Positions 61,432 through 64,000 of a stretch of 64,000 nt of DNA are shown piece by piece. Both the position numbers and the translations under genes were made by a program. The notes beneath the pieces were generated by a model, which had not been told where the DNA came from, ran no database searches, and saw nothing but the letters and a program-made list of their open reading frames with translations. The stretch's first letter is position 1; the number at the start of each line of letters is the position of its first letter. The stretch is from Camelus ferus (taxonomy: Eukaryota): contig NC_045697.1 in assembly GCF_009834535.1 (NCBI RefSeq), forward strand, positions 102,550,001 to 102,614,000, in the 5' to 3' direction.

Positions 61432-64000
61432 AGAATCTGCTTTTTAAAATTCCTTTCCTCCTTTTGGATTTTTATTCTCTCTCTTTTTTTTTTAATATAT
61501 ATAAGCCGACAAGGAGGACTCACTGGAGAACAGAGCCCAGGTTTCTAGAAAGGCTCTGCAAATAGGAAGTGAAACCACATCACACCGTTCATCTGCCAAA
61601 AGTAATAAACCCAGCCAGCCTCAGCGCCCTCTTGACTTCGTCAGCAACTAACGCTCATTTCTCCCCCTCTTCCTTTGCAAGGAAGAGGGGAAAAAAAAAA
61701 AAGATGCCAGGCAAAGAATGCCAGGCAAATCAAACCATGGGAAAAATAACACCTTTAAATTCAGAGCAAAATTCTCCTTTCCAATCCTTGCTGCAGATGC
61801 GCCATCCGGTATGCTTGGCAGGGTGTGCTGCTCTTGGAACAAGATGCAGAACGCAGGTTAGGGAGAAGATTTTGGCCAGAGACTGGTTGTTAATTTTTAA
61901 TTCACAGTTGTAAAGTCTGAGAAATCTCACTATGATTTAGCTTCATACACTAATCAAAACAAATCCATATAAGAGATAGTTCCTTACATAGTTTTAAGAA
62001 ATACACCTTCTGATTTCCCATGAGTCATATTAATTAATGGCTTCTCAAATCAGTGAGTATGTGCTTATTTTTAATTGGTAGAATAAATGATAAGCTCAAG
62101 GTTCAATATTTACCCCAAACAGAAGCTGCTGTGGGGATTCCAAGCCGGAAAGGCTATTCTTGATTCCTTCCTCTTTTTCCAACTGGAATTCACCTGCTTC
62201 TTCTTTTTCAAATCAGAAGTGGATCATTTGAAGACGAGTACAAAAACGTCCCCCTTCTTAATGCGGGCTTGCTTCTTTCTAGTTAACCAAGAGCAGCCAA
62301 CTGAGGGAAAAAAACAAACACTTAACATTGAAACACCCTTTCTGAAACATAGGGCTTTGGATTAAAAATCCAGTAATCTGTATTTTAATCCTTTCTCTGC
62401 CATAAACTCACTTGTGTGGCTTCGATAGGTTCTCAAACTCCCTCTCAGTCCTCCAATAATCTGTTTTTATAACAGGGATAATTTCTTCCAGCTCTAATAC
62501 TCTCATTTCATTATCCCTGAAATTAGATTTCTATCAAACAGGCATCAATATCTTCAAAAATGGCTGTCATGTGGGTGGAGAAAGGTCATGCTTCTGTCTC
62601 TAGAGATGGGTACTTATGAGGGAAGAGCAAAGTTCTATGAATAGAAAAAAAAAAAATGTCTTCCTGATTAGGACACAGGTCATGTTTCTATTAATTTCAC
62701 AACCACCAAACATTGTCTTTTAACAGTGATTTTGGGACCCAGCTTTTCTCCCGGAAGAGACTGAAGACAGTGGAAAACACAAATGCATCCAGGGAAACTT
62801 TTTCTACACTGATTAAAAATCAACCAAGAAGATAACACTTTGGAGTCATTGCTTCATGGTTAATCCTCGTTTTAAAACAGGTTCCTTCACGAATTGTCAA
62901 AGCGAGGAGCTAGCCTGCACTGAGGCACACTTTGCTTCAGAATGAACACTCCCATGTTTAACCCTTGTTGACTCATCACCCAAAAGAGCACTTAAATAGA
63001 GATAGTAATACTCCATTGATAGGGGTAGGAAACTAAGGCACAAAGAAGTATAATAACTTGTCCATGGTCATGTATATGTAACAGACGTTGGAAAAGAAAT
63101 TTAAACCAAATGTGTCTGATTACAGAACCTTTCCTCTACAATGTATGAGCTTGTTTATGCAGTGCTTCGTCACTTAGAAAAAGATAAGCTTTTTAATAGT
63201 ACCTAAGTTAAGTTTCCTAAGACAAACTGCATACAGGGTCATGTCATTATAATGCTTTCTTTAAACCATCAGGCACCAGCTCCTAGATTTGATGAGTACT
63301 AACATAAATTCAAAACAAAGGAGAAAAGAGTGTTTTGTGTCTTACAAGTGCAAAAACCAATGTGTAATCTATCGCCCTCATGAAAGATCCAACCAATATT
63401 TCAAAAGCCACCAAAGGGATTGATTACCCAGTAGACTGAGAAGACTTCACACTGGTCATTCTTTTCAAGTCATTCTCTACCTCCCCCCGACCACTGGTAA
63501 GGCAATGGGTCAAAGGTGTGCCTTATAATGTAGAAGGGCCACCAGAGTGAAAATCCAAGGACCATCCCCCGAGAGCTATGTTTTCAGTCATGAGAGGCAT
63601 TTTGAAGTTCCCTGGATGAGTTTAAACTCCCCAAACACCCTTCATCCCATCCTCCCTCCATATACACACTCTATTTGTTTACTTCTCACCCCCCCACCCC
63701 CAAGCCCTAGAATGTGACAAATCCAGAGGCTGTTAGGGGGACCCGGCGGGAGGAGCTTCCAGGTGTCCTGCCCTGAGGGATTAAAAGTGCTCGGGTTTCA
63801 ACTCAGGGCTGTCCCACCCATGTACTCCTCCATACTGCACCCATCACTTGTCCTGAAAAGCACATCTCTCACCTTTGGCTGTCTTCACGGGAGGTGTTTA
63901 CAAATAAGGGCACCTGCCTGTGAAAGCCGGACATTTGTAGAAGCACCAAGAGGACAACTGATGGCATGTTTGGGGAGTTTCTATGCCTGAATGTTCCCAA

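Noticed and set aside
41626..64000. Possible second gene downstream of HHIP
   Set aside because: No ORF resembles a known protein, no CpG island or consistent exon chain; ORFs map to LTR, L1 and L2 relics.
1..64000. CRISPR array, prokaryotic operon or viral insert
   Set aside because: No regularly spaced repeats or long coding stretches; the composition is ordinary mammalian throughout.

Overview
Mammalian genomic DNA carrying the 3' two-thirds of HHIP (hedgehog-interacting protein) on the + strand. Nine coding exons (equivalent to human exons 5-13) lie at 4288-34691, all with GT-AG boundaries. They splice into one open frame of 1272 nt covering the beta-propeller with the hedgehog-binding L2 loop, two EGF repeats and the C-terminal tail. 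A probably long 3' UTR follows (to about 41.6 kb), then about 22 kb of repeat-rich intergenic DNA. The repeats (short tRNA-derived SINEs of the camelid type, many cetartiodactyl-type L1 3' ends, no ruminant, pig, primate or rodent SINEs seen) point to a camelid. I found no convincing new gene system. The most interesting observations are a SINE with an apparent 3' transduction just after exon 11, sharp GC3/CpG spikes confined to exons 7 and 12, an A27 tract directly after the donor of the skippable ligand-binding exon 6, an exact 32-bp GATA+CACCC duplication in intron 11, inverted SINE pairs flanking in-frame-skippable exons 10-11, and a twin-primed L1. Human comparisons and repeat family names are from memory, not from searches.
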